Positions 21,894-33,069 are shown, numbered from the stretch's first letter. The stretch is DNA of 64,000 bases from Gammaproteobacteria bacterium (GCA_963662545.2 CAXXLL010000003.1:864001-928000); one strand, 5' to 3'. Numbers and translations: made by a program. The notes: generated by a model from the sequence alone, not told the origin.

Positions 21894-23090
21894 TGTGGGT
21901 GGCGAATTCCTATTCATGCGGCGATGGGAGTCTGAAAAAGTCCATTGCAGTGTGATATCCATGAATAGTTACGGAGATTTGCGCGTCGAGGCTGGGGATC
22001 ACCGCTAGCCATTCCCGGTGTATCTCCGCCTAGCGAATGATGAACCCGCTCGCGGTTGTAGTACTGCCTGAAGTCGACGAGTTTTCGCTCAAGATCCTGA
22101 GTGTTCCAGAAGAAGATGTGGTCAAGGTATTCGCGACGGATCGTCCCGATCAGTCGCTCAACGAAGGGATGCGATTGCGGCGTATACGGGACGGTCTTAA
22201 TCTCGTCGACCCCAAGAATTTGTAAATTGGCTTGCCATCGGTGATACAGGAATAGCGGGTCATTGTCAGAACTGAGATAGTGCGGAACACCCTGGGTAGA
22301 AATGGCTGTATTGAACATGCGGCACAGGGCGAACCCATCGACATCGCCGGCTTGCACACCGAAGCCGATGATGCGACGGGTGAACTGGTCCATCACCACG
22401 AGCACCCAGTGGCTGTTCAGCAGAATAGATTCACACCGAAACAGATCAATGCTCCAGAGGCTGTCCTTGGTGTTTCCGAGGAAGGTCAACCAGGATGGCC
22501 CACCGTCGTTGGGCATTGGGCGGTAGTATTTGGCGAGGACACGCCTTACAAGGTCCTTGTCGATATCGATCCCGAACGTGTTGGCGATCTGCTGGGCGAT
22601 CCGGCGGCAGCCAAAGCGCGGGTTACGTTGTTTCAGTTCAACGATAGCTTGGATGAGTTCCGGTGATGGGCCCTTGGGACCTGGCTTTCCTTTTCTGCCC
22701 GATGAAAACAGGAGTCGATACTTTCGCTTCTTGAGGATGTCGTGAAATTTCAGAAGTGTCGATGGTCTGATAATCACGGCAGCCCGCTGAATACGGCGTG
22801 GACTGAGAAACAATGGCCAGAAGCCGACCAAGAATCGATCAAATACCGAGAGATTGGGTGCGCGTCGCCGAGAACGATTGATGACCAGGAGTTGCTGCTT
22901 CATGAGGAGGCTGTCGGCGACGACGGCCTTCGCACCACCGGGTCCCAGGAGTTTGGCGATGGTAGTAAATAAATGTGCGACGAGTACTAACAGGTCCTTC
23001 ATGGCCAGGGAGGTTAGGAAAGGTTGGCGTCAGGAACAAGACTGTCTCAGTTATCGTTTTCAGGTGAAAATTACGAATTCGCCACAGACA
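21894..23090 (-). mobile_element. IS with rve (DDE) integrase-core transposase, IS3/IS481-like
   Basis: TG..CA ends: TGTGGGTGGCGAATTC / GAATTCGCCACAGACA; no target duplication seen. Confidence 0.8.
21914..23002 (-). CDS. Integrase-core domain transposase
   Basis: WSIDLF, SSDND, VERLIGTIRRE, YYNRERVHHSL. Confidence 0.88.
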   Translation of the reverse strand: MKDLLVLVAHLFTTIAKLLGPGGAKAVVADSLLMKQQLLVINRSRRRAPNLSVFDRFLVGFWPLFLSPRRIQRAAVIIRPSTLLKFHDILKKRKYRLLFSSGRKGKPGPKGPSPELIQAIVELKQRNPRFGCRRIAQQIANTFGIDIDKDLVRRVLAKYYRPMPNDGGPSWLTFLGNTKDSLWSIDLFRCESILLNSHWVLVVMDQFTRRIIGFGVQAGDVDGFALCRMFNTAISTQGVPHYLSSDNDPLFLYHRWQANLQILGVDEIKTVPYTPQSHPFVERLIGTIRREYLDHIFFWNTQDLERKLVDFRQYYNRERVHHSLGGDTPGMASGDPQPRRANLRNYSWISHCNGLFQTPIAA

Positions 23091-23203
23091 GGCTACGCAA
23101 CATTAATAACAGGGGCACCGCGTGGCGATATGAAGATACCCTACTTCGCTTTGGTGATCGCACAAAAAGAATCGACAGTGGAGTAATTAAATCAACTGCA
23201 CCG

Positions 23204-23335
23204 ATGACCGCTATGGCCGAGAGCCGACCTGCTCGGCTAACGTTCTAGTGAAAGCAACTCCATGACCGCTTACGAGCGCATTGCAGACGTAATCTAGAAC
23301 GGTGATGCACTGCCGCGAGGCGGCCGCTAACGACC
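23204..23335 (+). repeat. Triple-palindrome repeat R1 (site C split by IS1182; remainder at 25020-25035)
   Basis: ATGACCGCTATGGCCGAGAGCCGACCT-31nt-ATGACCGCTTACGAGCGCATTGCAGACGT-29nt-GCGGCCGCTAACGACC. Confidence 0.9.
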
Positions 23336-25019
23336 CAGAGTGTGTGAAAACTCGGAATGAAGAGGAATCACGTCGAGAACTCCTCGTCAGACGCAACGCG
23401 GCGCGGTTCGACGGCCGCGCTCGCGGTCCAATGCGATCGGTTAGTTAATGGAACATTCCTTAGAACGGCCCCAGAAGCCGGCAGTGAAGCCGTGGATCAG
23501 GGAGTTTTCGAGGCCACAGAGGGTCTCATGCCGTCATCGCTTCGATGAGCGTAGCGACACCCAGTAGATTCATCACGCGTTTCATGTTGTAAGCGAGCAC
23601 GTGCAGACTCATTTCCGTACCAACGTGTTTCAGCGTGCGCATCTGGAAGTGGGTCGAACCCATCCAGGATTTGATCGTGCCAAACGGATGCTCGACCGTC
23701 TCTCGGCGGACACGCATAGGGTCAGGTTCACGATCCAATCGCGCCTGCACCGCTTCAACAACCGCTTCATGTTCCCAACGGCTGACGCGCCGGTATCGAC
23801 CCGTTGTGCATTTAGATTTGATCGGGCAGCGGGGACACGCCGAACTCCAGTAGCGCTGGATTTGCTTGCCTTTCTCCACTCGGGTAAACCGGTAAATCAG
23901 TCGCTCACCGGCCGGGCATTCATACGCATCCTCTTCGGGTTGGTAAATGAAGTCGCGCTTGCCAAACAAGCCCTTCGCCTGGTTACCCGAGGTCTGCGGT
24001 TTCGGCAGATAGGTCGTGATGCCGGCTTTAGCGCACGCCAAGATCTCTTCGCCACTGAAGTACCCGCGATCCGCAACGACGGTCAACTCCTTCTTATCCA
24101 GCGCCTCTTTGGCTTTCTCCGACATGTTCGACAGTTGCGCCCGGTCATGACCTACGTTCGTCACTTCATGTGCCACAATCAGATGACTCTTCGTGTCGAC
24201 CGCCGTCTGCACGTTGTACCCCACCATGCCGCTGCCACGGCCGCTCGTCGCCATCGAGCGCGCGTCCGGGTCCGTCAGTGAGACCTGATGGTCCGGCGTC
24301 TCCTCGAGCCGTACCTCGAGCTTTTTTAGGCGGCCTATCTCTTCCTTCAGTACCTCGATCTTGTCCTTCAAACGCTGCGACTTGTCACCTGACACCGCAC
24401 GCTCCTGGCGGTCGGCACTTGCAATTTCCGCCAGGTACCGCTCAACGCTCTCGTCAATCTGCTGCAACCGACGTTTCAGCTTCGCCTTCGTGAAGTTCCG
24501 GTCACGGTTGTTTACCGCTTTGAACTTGCTGCCATCTATCGCCACGAAGGCTTCCGAAAACAGCTGCAGCTTACGGCACAGCATCACGAACTCCCGGCAT
24601 ACCAGACGAATGGCGTCACCGTTATCTTTGCGGAAATCGGCAATGGTCTTGAAATCAGGCGCCAGACGACCCGTCAGCCACATCAGTTCCACGTTCCGCT
24701 GCGCCTCCCGTTCCAGGCGACGGCTCGATTGAACCCGGTTCAGGTAACCGTAGATATAGAGCTTCAGCATCGTCGCCGGGTGATACCCCGGTCGACCCGT
24801 CTCATGCGCATCGGTTCTGAAACTCAGACCTGACAGATCCAACTCATCGACGAACACATCGATGACCCGCACCGCACTCTCCTCAGCGACATAATCGTCC
24901 AGACACTCGGGAAACAGCGTTGTTTGGCGGCGGTCCGCGCCTTCAATGAACCCGCTCATCAACGACTCCCCAGGACCGAAAGAGTGATCTTATCTGATGC
25001 AGAGTTTTCACACACTCTG
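23336..25019 (-). mobile_element. IS1182-family element, copy 1
   Basis: TIR CAGAGTGTGTGAAAACTC/GAGTTTTCACACACTCTG, GACC target duplication. Confidence 0.92.
23526..24962 (-). CDS. IS1182-family transposase
   Basis: GRPGYHP..LKLYIYGY, SSRRLE, PDFKTIADFR, IDGSK, ADRGY, VEHPFGTIK. Confidence 0.93.
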   Translation of the reverse strand: MMSGFIEGADRRQTTLFPECLDDYVAEESAVRVIDVFVDELDLSGLSFRTDAHETGRPGYHPATMLKLYIYGYLNRVQSSRRLEREAQRNVELMWLTGRLAPDFKTIADFRKDNGDAIRLVCREFVMLCRKLQLFSEAFVAIDGSKFKAVNNRDRNFTKAKLKRRLQQIDESVERYLAEIASADRQERAVSGDKSQRLKDKIEVLKEEIGRLKKLEVRLEETPDHQVSLTDPDARSMATSGRGSGMVGYNVQTAVDTKSHLIVAHEVTNVGHDRAQLSNMSEKAKEALDKKELTVVADRGYFSGEEILACAKAGITTYLPKPQTSGNQAKGLFGKRDFIYQPEEDAYECPAGERLIYRFTRVEKGKQIQRYWSSACPRCPIKSKCTTGRYRRVSRWEHEAVVEAVQARLDREPDPMRVRRETVEHPFGTIKSWMGSTHFQMRTLKHVGTEMSLHVLAYNMKRVMNLLGVATLIEAMTA

Positions 25020-25248
25020 GACCCATAGCGGTCTTGTTGCACTTCGATGTTTAATCTCCTCACTAGCTCCTCGGTCCGCGAACCCGTCGTCAAAGGTGAC
25101 CGATTGCGATGATGATGGACGTTATACTTTCGATACGCCGACCGTCTGGCTGGCGCCGGACGATGCGGACAGGACGCTCGGGATCATCGATGCCGCTGTG
25201 CCACCTATTTCAGAAAACGCCTAGCAACCAATTTCAGGGGCACCGACG

Positions 25249-25896
25249 ATGCATTCGAACGTTTTTTGTCTCCAATCGATTCTCTGGGCAGTAATACTAC
25301 TGGTCTCGTTGCTCGCCGCCCCGGATCACTCCGCGGTGGCGGAATCGATCATCGAGCCAGAGCCCGATCCGTGGTTCACGTGCCGATTCGAGATCTTCCC
25401 CGACTCGCTGCCGGCCGGCGTGGAGGTCTCCGTGTCCAAAGGCCATGCGAACTGCGACGGTTTCGTTTTCAGTAACTCGTCCGCCACGCCGTTCATCGTC
25501 GCGTGACGCTCGCGGTCGTACACGACGTCGAACGTCGAATTGCCCGGCAATCTCTTCACATCGTGGATGGTAAAGGACGGCAAGCAGTTCGAGCCCGCCC
25601 CGCGAGCGATGGACGATTCACGCGTCCCGCGCCCCGAGGTCGTCGTTTCGGCATTCGGCACCCGGTGGATAGAAGCGGCCTACGTCTCCGCCTACGGGCG
25701 TCATTACGTCGGCAAAATGTCCGACGGCTTCGAGTTCGTCGACGTTCGCGAGGACGATCGGCCTGTGGACGTCGCCATCCCCGAGCCGACCGCATTCGCG
25801 TTCACCGCGTTTTACGGGGCGACCCCGGTGACCATCAGGGGGCGCGCCGTCTACGCACTGAATCCGGATTACGATCCGAACGCCGGCAAGGAGTGA
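25249..25896 (+). pseudogene. Exported hypothetical protein with one in-frame TGA (25504-25506)
   Basis: ORFs 25249..25506 and 25540..25896 share a frame, separated only by TGA; signal-peptide-like N terminus. Confidence 0.55.
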
Positions 25897-25900
25897 ACCA

Positions 25901-26025
25901 TGGGGAAACGACACTTGAAATTGGATCTAATTGGAACGCCGATCCCTTTTCAGAGTGCTTAACTACTATGCTGGTGGGGAACTTTTTACTTCCGTCGTCG
26001 TATTTTTGAGTTTTCACACAGCCTC
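25901..26025. mobile_element. Truncated diverged MITE-A variant ending at GGCC of R2 site A
   Basis: AAATTGGATCTAATT...GAGTTTTCACACAGCCTC followed by GGCC. Confidence 0.75.
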
Positions 26026-26145
26026 GGCCGTGAGCCGTCGCTGTTCACCGTCACGCCGCTGAACGCTATTGGACGACCGCTTAGAGCGCATTGCAGACGT
26101 AATCCTTGGCAGTGTTGTGCTGCCGCGACAAGGCGGCTAACGACC
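26026..26145 (+). repeat. Triple-palindrome repeat R2 (remainder at 26306-26321)
   Basis: GGCCGTGAGCCGTCGC..GACCGCTTAGAGCGCATTGCAGACGT..GGCGGCTAACGACC. Confidence 0.88.
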
Positions 26146-26305
26146 CAGACTGTGTGAAAACTATTTTCATTTTTCAAAAGTGGGGGAACTACCCTCGAAA
26201 TTGGATCTAATTGAAATGCCGATCCCTATTCGAGGGGCATAACAACTATGCTGGTGGGGAATATTTTTATTTCGTCGTCGTATTTTTGAGTTTTCACACA
26301 CTCTG
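26146..26305. mobile_element. MITE-A (160 bp) sharing IS1182 TIRs, copy 1
   Basis: CAGACTGTGTGAAAACT...AGTTTTCACACACTCTG with GACC duplication; near-identical copies elsewhere. Confidence 0.9.
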
Positions 26306-26396
26306 GACCCATAGGCGACATTGGGCAGGCTGTAATGGTTGCCCTATAGTTGCGCGTATATGCTGCTCCCATCAATTCACCATAAAGGGGAGCATC

Positions 26397-26861
26397 ATGG
26401 AAGCATTCAATTGGGAAGCTGTAATTGCGATTTCAGAATCATTAGGTTTAGTGGTTGTCATCGGCTCGCTAATCTATGTTGGTTTTCAAGTTCGTCAAAA
26501 CACGGCGATGATGAGGGTAAACGCCTCTCAAGCATGGACGGATTTCAACTTTCAATTATCAGGCCCAATTGCGGTGGATCGCGAGGTTGCGGAATGCTGG
26601 ACCCGTGGCGGTTCGAACTTTGACGATCTGGATGAAGTCGATCGAAATCGGATGGTTTTTTTTGAATGGCGCGCTATCGAGGCATGGCACCATATGTACG
26701 AGACGCACGAACAAGGGATGCTACCCACGTCCCAATGGCATAAGCTCATTTGGATATTGGAAAACCTTGGGGAACGAGAATCAATACGAGCATCTTGGAA
26801 GCAATTCCGGGGCGCTTACGACGAAAACTTCCAAGACTTTGTGACCAGTCATTTTGGATAG
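26397..26861 (+). CDS. Small membrane-anchored protein, 'MNW' paralogue 1
   Basis: NWEAVIAISESLGLVVVIGSLIYVGFQVRQN; RBS GGGGAG upstream. Confidence 0.85.
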   Translation: MEAFNWEAVIAISESLGLVVVIGSLIYVGFQVRQNTAMMRVNASQAWTDFNFQLSGPIAVDREVAECWTRGGSNFDDLDEVDRNRMVFFEWRAIEAWHHMYETHEQGMLPTSQWHKLIWILENLGERESIRASWKQFRGAYDENFQDFVTSHFG

Positions 26862-26917
26862 TGTGGCGACGTATATCGGTGCCCCTTGACGGCGGGTTCT
26901 TTTTTGGCTGCTTGTCA

Positions 26918-27040
26918 ATATTCGGAGTTGGCCGAGAGCCACCCCTAAACATGGTTGCGTCGCCGAACGCTACGGGACGGCCGCTTACGAGCGCATTGCA
27001 GACGTAATCCACCGCTGTGCTGAGGGGGCCGCTGACGACC
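26918..27040 (+). repeat. Triple-palindrome repeat R3 (internal deletion in linker 2, site C truncated)
   Basis: TGGCCGAGAGCC..CGGCCGCTTACGAGCGCATTGCAGACGTAATC..GGCCGCTGACGACC. Confidence 0.85.
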
Positions 27041-27055
27041 TTTTCTAGCAATTAT

Positions 27056-27562
27056 TCACCATGTGCCGAGGGTCCATTTCCCTGTTTCCTGATCCATTAC
27101 CACAACGGGTATCGGTTCAAGTTCTCTCATTTCATTAATGAACTCCGGTACGAAATATTGCGCCGCAGCTTGCCACCATTCGACGAAACCAGGAAGACCA
27201 ATGGCCACCGCCAAGAACTGGCGCTCTGCAAGCCAAACGCTTTCTTCTACGAGCCCACTTTTGCGTTGTAAATACACGTCTTGAAAATGTGATACGTAAT
27301 TCAACATCGAAGAGGTGAAACGTTGAGCATCATTTTCATCCATCGAATCGCCACGAATACCGGCGATAAAAATGGCTGTAACCTCTTTGCTTTCAACCAG
27401 CTTGTTAGAAAAATCCGAGCGTCTCGTGACAAGATCGTGGTAACTCTGTTGCCGAGAGGATTTGCTGCTCTGGCGAATTTGTACCGCAAGATACGCAAGA
27501 GTTAAAACAACCGCGGCCGCGCCTACGAGTTCACCAATGGCGCCCAATGCATCCCAGTTCAT
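27056..27562 (-). CDS. Small membrane-anchored protein, 'MNW' paralogue 2
   Basis: MNWDALGAIGELVGAAAVVLTLAYLAVQIRQ..G...W..PG..WW..F..EF. Confidence 0.88.
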   Translation of the reverse strand: MNWDALGAIGELVGAAAVVLTLAYLAVQIRQSSKSSRQQSYHDLVTRRSDFSNKLVESKEVTAIFIAGIRGDSMDENDAQRFTSSMLNYVSHFQDVYLQRKSGLVEESVWLAERQFLAVAIGLPGFVEWWQAAAQYFVPEFINEMRELEPIPVVVMDQETGKWTLGTW

Positions 27563-27622
27563 AGTCTTCGCCCCCTGCTTTATGAGCCTACCGGGAGGAT
27601 AACCGCCTCGAGGGGCTTCGGC

Positions 27623-27755
27623 ATATCTACTTCCGACCGAGAGAGGAACTCAGCGTTCGTAGCCGATATAAATTTGGCTCGACGACCGCTTACGAGCGCA
27701 TTGCAGACGTAACCTAGAGCGGTGCTGCACTGCGGCGAGGGGGCCGCTGCCGACC
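27623..27755 (+). repeat. Triple-palindrome repeat R4 (remainder at 27916-27931)
   Basis: Degenerate site A, 31-nt linker, ACGACCGCTTACGAGCGCATTGCAGACGT, GGCCGCTGCCGACC. Confidence 0.85.
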
Positions 27756-27915
27756 CAGACTGTGTGAAAACTATTTTCATTTTTCAAAAGTGGGGGAACT
27801 ACCCTCGAAATTGGATCTAATTGAAATGCCGATCCCTATTCGAGGGGCATAACAACTATGCTGGTGGGGAATATTTTTATTTCGTCGTCGTATTTTTGAG
27901 TTTTCACACACTCTG
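27756..27915. mobile_element. MITE-A copy 2
   Basis: Matches 26146-26305; GACC duplication. Confidence 0.9.
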
Positions 27916-27999
27916 GACCCGTTGCAGACATTATCGAAATTAGCCGGTTCGTGAATCCACCTATATTCTTCCCGTTCAGTCCACATCGGGGAGAAAACC

Positions 28000-28524
28000 A
28001 TGGAGGCAATGAATTGGGACGCCCTCGGCGCTATCGCCGAAACGATTGGAGTACTCGCTGTCATCGCGACACTGGGGTACCTCTCAATACAAATTCGCCA
28101 GAGCAATCGCCAAGAAGCGGTGCAAGCGGTTAAGGAAGCAGTCAATGAATTTGTTAATGCCTTTGCTGCCGCAACGTCTGACGAATCCAAGGCTGAGAAT
28201 TTTCGAGCTGGATTAAACCAATTTGACGCGTTGACACGCAACGAAAAAGCCGTTTTCCATTCGAAAATGCAGCTATTGTCAAGTGGCTATTACCAGGTAT
28301 GGACTATGTATAAGAGCGGAATGTTGGCGGACGAAGATCTGTTCGTGAAAAGTGAAAACTTACTTTTATCGTTTTTGCTGTCACCGGGAGGGCGTCAATG
28401 GTGGGAGGCTTACAAACATCTCCCGCCCGAATCTTTTAAGGACCATATGGACAGCCGAATGAAGGAGGAACACCTGAATATAACGCCAGCTAACGAGGAT
28501 TTGGACTGGTGTAAAAATGATTAA
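28000..28524 (+). CDS. Small membrane-anchored protein, 'MNW' paralogue 3
   Basis: MNWDALGAIAETIGVLAVIATLGYLSIQIRQ..SPGGRQWW. Confidence 0.88.
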   Translation: MEAMNWDALGAIAETIGVLAVIATLGYLSIQIRQSNRQEAVQAVKEAVNEFVNAFAAATSDESKAENFRAGLNQFDALTRNEKAVFHSKMQLLSSGYYQVWTMYKSGMLADEDLFVKSENLLLSFLLSPGGRQWWEAYKHLPPESFKDHMDSRMKEEHLNITPANEDLDWCKND

Positions 28525-28570
28525 CGTAGCTGGTATCTGGTGTTTACTGATGCGCTCGTGGGCTCGTGAT

Positions 28571-28715
28571 CTATCCGTTCGTGGCCGCGGGCCGAAGTCC
28601 TCTCTTAATACCAATCTGGAGGCTGCGGGACGACCGCTTACGAGCGCAGTGCTGCCGTAATCTAGAGCAGTGCTGCGCTGCCGCGATAAGGCGGCTGACG
28701 ACCCACTTCGGTCAT
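28571..28715 (+). repeat. Triple-palindrome repeat R5 (intact, 145 bp)
   Basis: TGGCCGCGGGCCGAAGT..GACCGCTTACGAGCGCAGTGCTGCCGT..GGCGGCTGACGACCCACTTCGGTCAT. Confidence 0.9.
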
Positions 28716-28744
28716 CCGCCCGATCTTCACCAAAGAGCCACAAC

Positions 28745-28822
28745 GAGGCCGGATACACGACCGCAAACTATTCCAACCGTCTACAGCGCTTCTTCGTCTC
28801 TACTTGCGGGAGGAGTCCATAC
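28745..28822 (+). mobile_element. Remnant right end of an IS110/IS1111-type element
   Basis: GAGGCCGGATACACG...GGGAGGAGTCCATA, matching the end of the IS110 remnant at 63670-63737. Confidence 0.55.
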
Positions 28823-30844
28823 ACGCCTGGTTAGGTGGCCGTTTCGCTTCTCTCAAAATCCAAAGTTTCATAGGTTTTTGTACTCGCCAACGCCAACGGT
28901 TTCGACATAACTCCGAAACTCCTCGGAGAAGTTATGGCGTCGAAGCTTCCCAACCTTTTGATTGACGGATAGGTACCGTCGGAAATTCCGCTGAAGCGAG
29001 CGATACCACGCCGAAACGCCGATTGACGGCCGTTGGGTGACTCGCAGATACTCGATGGGTTTGCGAGAGATAGCGTTTTGTGTTTCCCATACTCGCACAG
29101 AGATGTCACGTAACCAGGGTCGGCGGTCGTTCGATTCAGCAATTGATGCGAGGGCCGTGTCGAACACCTTAGGGAACACTATATTGGGGGAGAAGTAATG
29201 ACAAAAATCTGCGCTGTATCAACCGCTTTGCTTACCGGGATGCTTTTAATCGGCTGTGATAACCCGGTAACCGTAAGTGAAACACAGACCATTCAAACAG
29301 ATCCAGCAACATCACCGGCATTGAACAATGCGGACGTTGGCGTTGCTTACTACGGAATGCAACAGGACCTACAACGATTCTCGTCCCTGACTCAGGTTAA
29401 CGATCAGAACGTAAATAGATTGACTCCGGCGTGGGTTCTTTCACTCGGCGATATTCGGGGACAGCAAACCCAACCTATTGTGATTGACGGGATCATGTAT
29501 GTCACAACGCATAACGCCACCTTTGCGATTGATGCGATAACAGGCCGACAGTTATGGAGGACCACGATCGAATATCCCCCCGACACCGTAACCTGTTGCG
29601 GCATCACCAATCGAGGCGCCACCTGGCACGCTGGGATTTTATATCGAGCCACACTTGATAATCGCATCCAGGCCATCAACCCTGAGAACGGCCAATTAAT
29701 TTGGGAAACGCTTGCCGCAGATATAAAAGAAGGTTATTCGATGACGAGCGCGCCACTGGTGGCCAATGACGTTTTGATCACCGGGATTGCTGGAGGGGAG
29801 TTTGGAGTTCGCGGCTTTCTCGATGGCCGGGCTTTGGCAACAGGCGAACATTTATGGCGATTCCATACCCTCCCCGAACCCGGGCAGCCTGGCGGCGATA
29901 CCTGGAACGGGGATGACTGGCGCAGAGGTGGCGGGCCGACCTGGCTGATTGGATCATACGATAGTGAACTGGATATGGTGTATTGGGGCATCGGTAATGC
30001 GGCGCCCTGGAATTCACAAATGCGCCCCGGAGATAATTTATATACCAATAGCATTGTCGCGATCAGGCCAAAAACCGGTGAATTAGTCTGGCATTTTCAA
30101 TTCACACCCAATGACCCGTTTGATTATGATGGCGTCAACGATCCGATACTCGCCGATATAAACATTCACGGTTTAGATCGCAAGGTCTTGATCCAGGCAA
30201 ATCGCAATGGCTACTTCTATGTGATCGACAGAACCAACGGTGAATTTCTCAAGGCGAATCAATTCGTCGATAAGGTGACGTGGGCGAAGGGCATCGATAT
30301 AGAAACAGGTCGGCCGATACGACCCGAAGCTGTGTCAAAAATGCTGGAAACCAATGAAACGATAGAGATCTGGCCGTCTGCTTTCGGTGGGAAAAACCTG
30401 GCTCCCATGTCTTATAGCCCACTAACAGGATTGGCCTATGCCAATACCTTCAACATAGGCTGGAACTACACGCCCATAGAACAGGAATATAAACCCGGCG
30501 TGTTCTACACCGGCATAAAATTTGAATGGCTTTTACAGAATGAATTTAGAGGCTATTTGAAAGCAATCGAACCGCTCACCGGCAAAACGGTTTGGCAGTT
30601 TCCATCAGAAGTTCCCATGAATGGCGGGACGCTGGTTACTGCAGGCAATTTGGTTTTTTCAGGGGCACAAACTGGAGAACTCTATGCCTTCAATGCCAAA
30701 ACAGGAAACAAACTTTGGGAATACAGAACCGGTTCCGGTATCGTCGCGCCGCCAGTTACCTATCAACTGAATAGCAAACAATATGTCGCCGTTGCCAGTG
30801 GCCTCGGCGGTGTCTATCGTATTTTTGTTGATGATGCGAAATTA

Positions 30845-32229
30845 GGGTCTACGCGGAAACGTGTGGGTTGATATTGGCATTTCTGGGTAGTGGCGGAAGA
30901 AATGCCGCAATGATTTTCAGTTTGAGGAATTCCTCATCACGATAGCCATAGGCGCGTCGTTGCAGGACCCGGATTTTGTTGTTGACCCCTTCGACCAATC
31001 CAAGACTGACTTTATTCTTAGCATCACAATAGGAAGCAATGCCATCCCAATGGGATTCAATCAGCTCAGCAAACTTGCGATACGGCGCCAATCGCTGCCA
31101 TTTCAGACTGTCCTTCCAGCGCTCGAAAAAGGCACGCGCGCCGCGCTCGGTACGGTAGTCCCAGAGTTGGCCGAAGGTTTCCTTGAGGACGTAGGCGGTG
31201 TTCAGACGCCGGTTGGCCTGGAGCAGTTTTTTCAGGGCTCGTCTGCCATCCAGATTCAGGTTCTCGCGTCGCGAGAGCAAGGTATATCGCTGGCCTTTGA
31301 TGTAACTCCTGTCCTTGCCGCGGAGACGTTTGTATTCACGGCGCCGGACTTCATCGAGAGCCTTTGAGAGGTGGCGCATGATATGGAACTTGTCATAGAT
31401 GATCCGCGCCTGCGGTGCGTTGTTCATGACCGAGTTACGGAACGGCTTCCACATGTCCATCGCCGCCAGTTCGATGCGAGCGCTCTTGTTCTCGCCCAAT
31501 GCCTGGAAAAACAGGTCGATGTCAGCCTCTTTGCGACCTTCACCACCGACCCAGATAGGACGCCCCCGATCCAGGTCACTGACGATGACCCGGTAGTTAT
31601 GTCCTTTGCGGATGGAGATCTCATCAATACCGATGGCCCGGGGTGCTGGCATGCCCGCCAGCTCAACCTGCTTTTGCATGTACAGCTTATCGAGGTCTTT
31701 CACCGTGCTGTGGTGCAGGCGTTCCCTCTCGGCGACAGCCTGGTTCGGCATGTCCCGGCACAGCTTGCCCACCTGCATGGCAAAGCGCTGCGTATAGCGA
31801 GGGTTCTTTGCCAGCCAGTCAAGATGTTCTACCTGCACGCCGCCGCACCTCCGGCAACTGACACGCCAGCGTTCGAACTCCAGGTAGATTCGCCATCCGG
31901 CAACTGACAGGTCTCGTACTCGCAGCACCTTCTTGTCGTAACGCCCGCGGCACCGGTGAGCACAGTGAGAACAGATCGCTGTTTTTTTCGCCTCTTGAGT
32001 TGGATCACACGGGCATACCGATCACCAAACATGCCCACCAATTTCGATGCGGCGGTAAAACCAGGGAACGCAAACAGCGCTCGGATCGACTTGGGATTCT
32101 TCATGGCCTTAGCCTACCCACAAAATGAAACCACTTTCACCCCATACGAAATCTCTGAATGTCTACATGATTTCAATGGTTTACACTTGGTCTAATTCAG
32201 AATTTACCCACATGAATCCGCGTAGACCC
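30845..32229 (-). mobile_element. ISL3-family element
   Basis: TIR GGGTCTACGCGGA / TCCGCGTAGACCC, 8-bp duplication CGAAATTA. Confidence 0.92.
30849..32104 (-). CDS. ISL3 transposase in two overlapping frames (probable frameshift at A7C near 31985)
   Basis: GIDE, MDMWKPF, DKFH, EGVNNKIRVLQRRAYG; upstream ORF 31829..32104 supplies the N terminus. Confidence 0.85.
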
Positions 32230-33011
32230 CGAAATTAAAAAACATCAACCCGGGTGGATCCATCTGGGTTTTTGCTTTAGGCAGCGGTGAAAATAACAGC
32301 ACGCTTTCAGCAGACACCATTCCGCCACCCGTGATACCGAAAACACAACTCGTTCGGGATGATAAAACGACCTGGTCCGACACGATAAAACAAGGGGCCG
32401 CGCTCTACCAACAGGCCTGCTCGCATTGTCACGGGGTGGAGATGCGAACCTCTGGATCCACCTACGACCTGAGAGTGTTCCCTAAAGATGACAAACAACG
32501 GTTTATTGACGCCGTGACCAGAGGTAAAGGTGAAATGCCCGCCTGGGGAAATAAATTGTCAGAGCGGGAAATATCGACGATATATGAGTACGTGGTGCAC
32601 TAAGAAGTCTGTCGGCGGACGATAACCTTGAGCGAAAAACGGCGGTCACCTGTAGACCGGCATGTATATTCGACCCAGTTTCGTCAATGCAGTTATTGGG
32701 ACGCGCGATTTATCACGTCTTAGCGATGTACGAGAGCGGCATGTTGACCGATGAAGAGCTGTTTTCCAAAAGTGAAAGTTTATTTTTGTCCTTCTTGCTT
32801 GCACCGAGAGGAAAGCGGTGGTGGTAAGCCTACAAGCATTTGCCGCCCGAGGCACTCAAGACCCATGTCGATGGGCGCCGCAGTGAAGGACATTTGAACA
32901 TAACGCCGGCGAACGAAGATTTAAATTGGTACAAACTCGATTAGGGGGCGCCATCACCCCATCGACCTCGACGTACGAAACGCAAGATTGCTATTGATTC
33001 CGCGCTCGCGA

Positions 33012-33069
33012 ACGTCGCTTCCTGGCCGACCGCTATTGAGGGTACTGCAGACGTAATGCGTAGCAGTGC
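33012..33069 (+). repeat. Degenerate repeat R6 (site A fused to site B, truncated in linker 2)
   Basis: ACGTCGCTTCCTGGCCGACCGCTATTGAGGGTACTGCAGACGTAATGCGTAGCAGTGCTGC. Confidence 0.75.

Larger units (their letters stand above)
29198..32603 (+). pseudogene. PQQ-dependent dehydrogenase with C-terminal cytochrome c, interrupted by ISL3
   Basis: Lipobox, vicinal CC-G..NRG, GGEFG, DYDGVN; removing the IS restores the frame DAKL-KNINPGGSIWVFAL...CSHCH. Confidence 0.9.

Noticed and set aside
23601-24732. Repeated antisense ORFs in the IS1182 copies (226, 123 and 107 aa)
   Set aside because: Shadow frames of the transposase that recur only because the IS is repeated.
26211-26396. N-terminal extension MKCRSLFEGH... 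and related ORFs at 27777, 40565, 40609 and 55314
   Set aside because: These are translations of MITE-A sequence, not genes.
28831-29179. Possible sixth MNW paralogue (tail RHNFSEEFRSYVE)
   Set aside because: Only a short tail resembles the family, and the N-terminal TM motif is absent.
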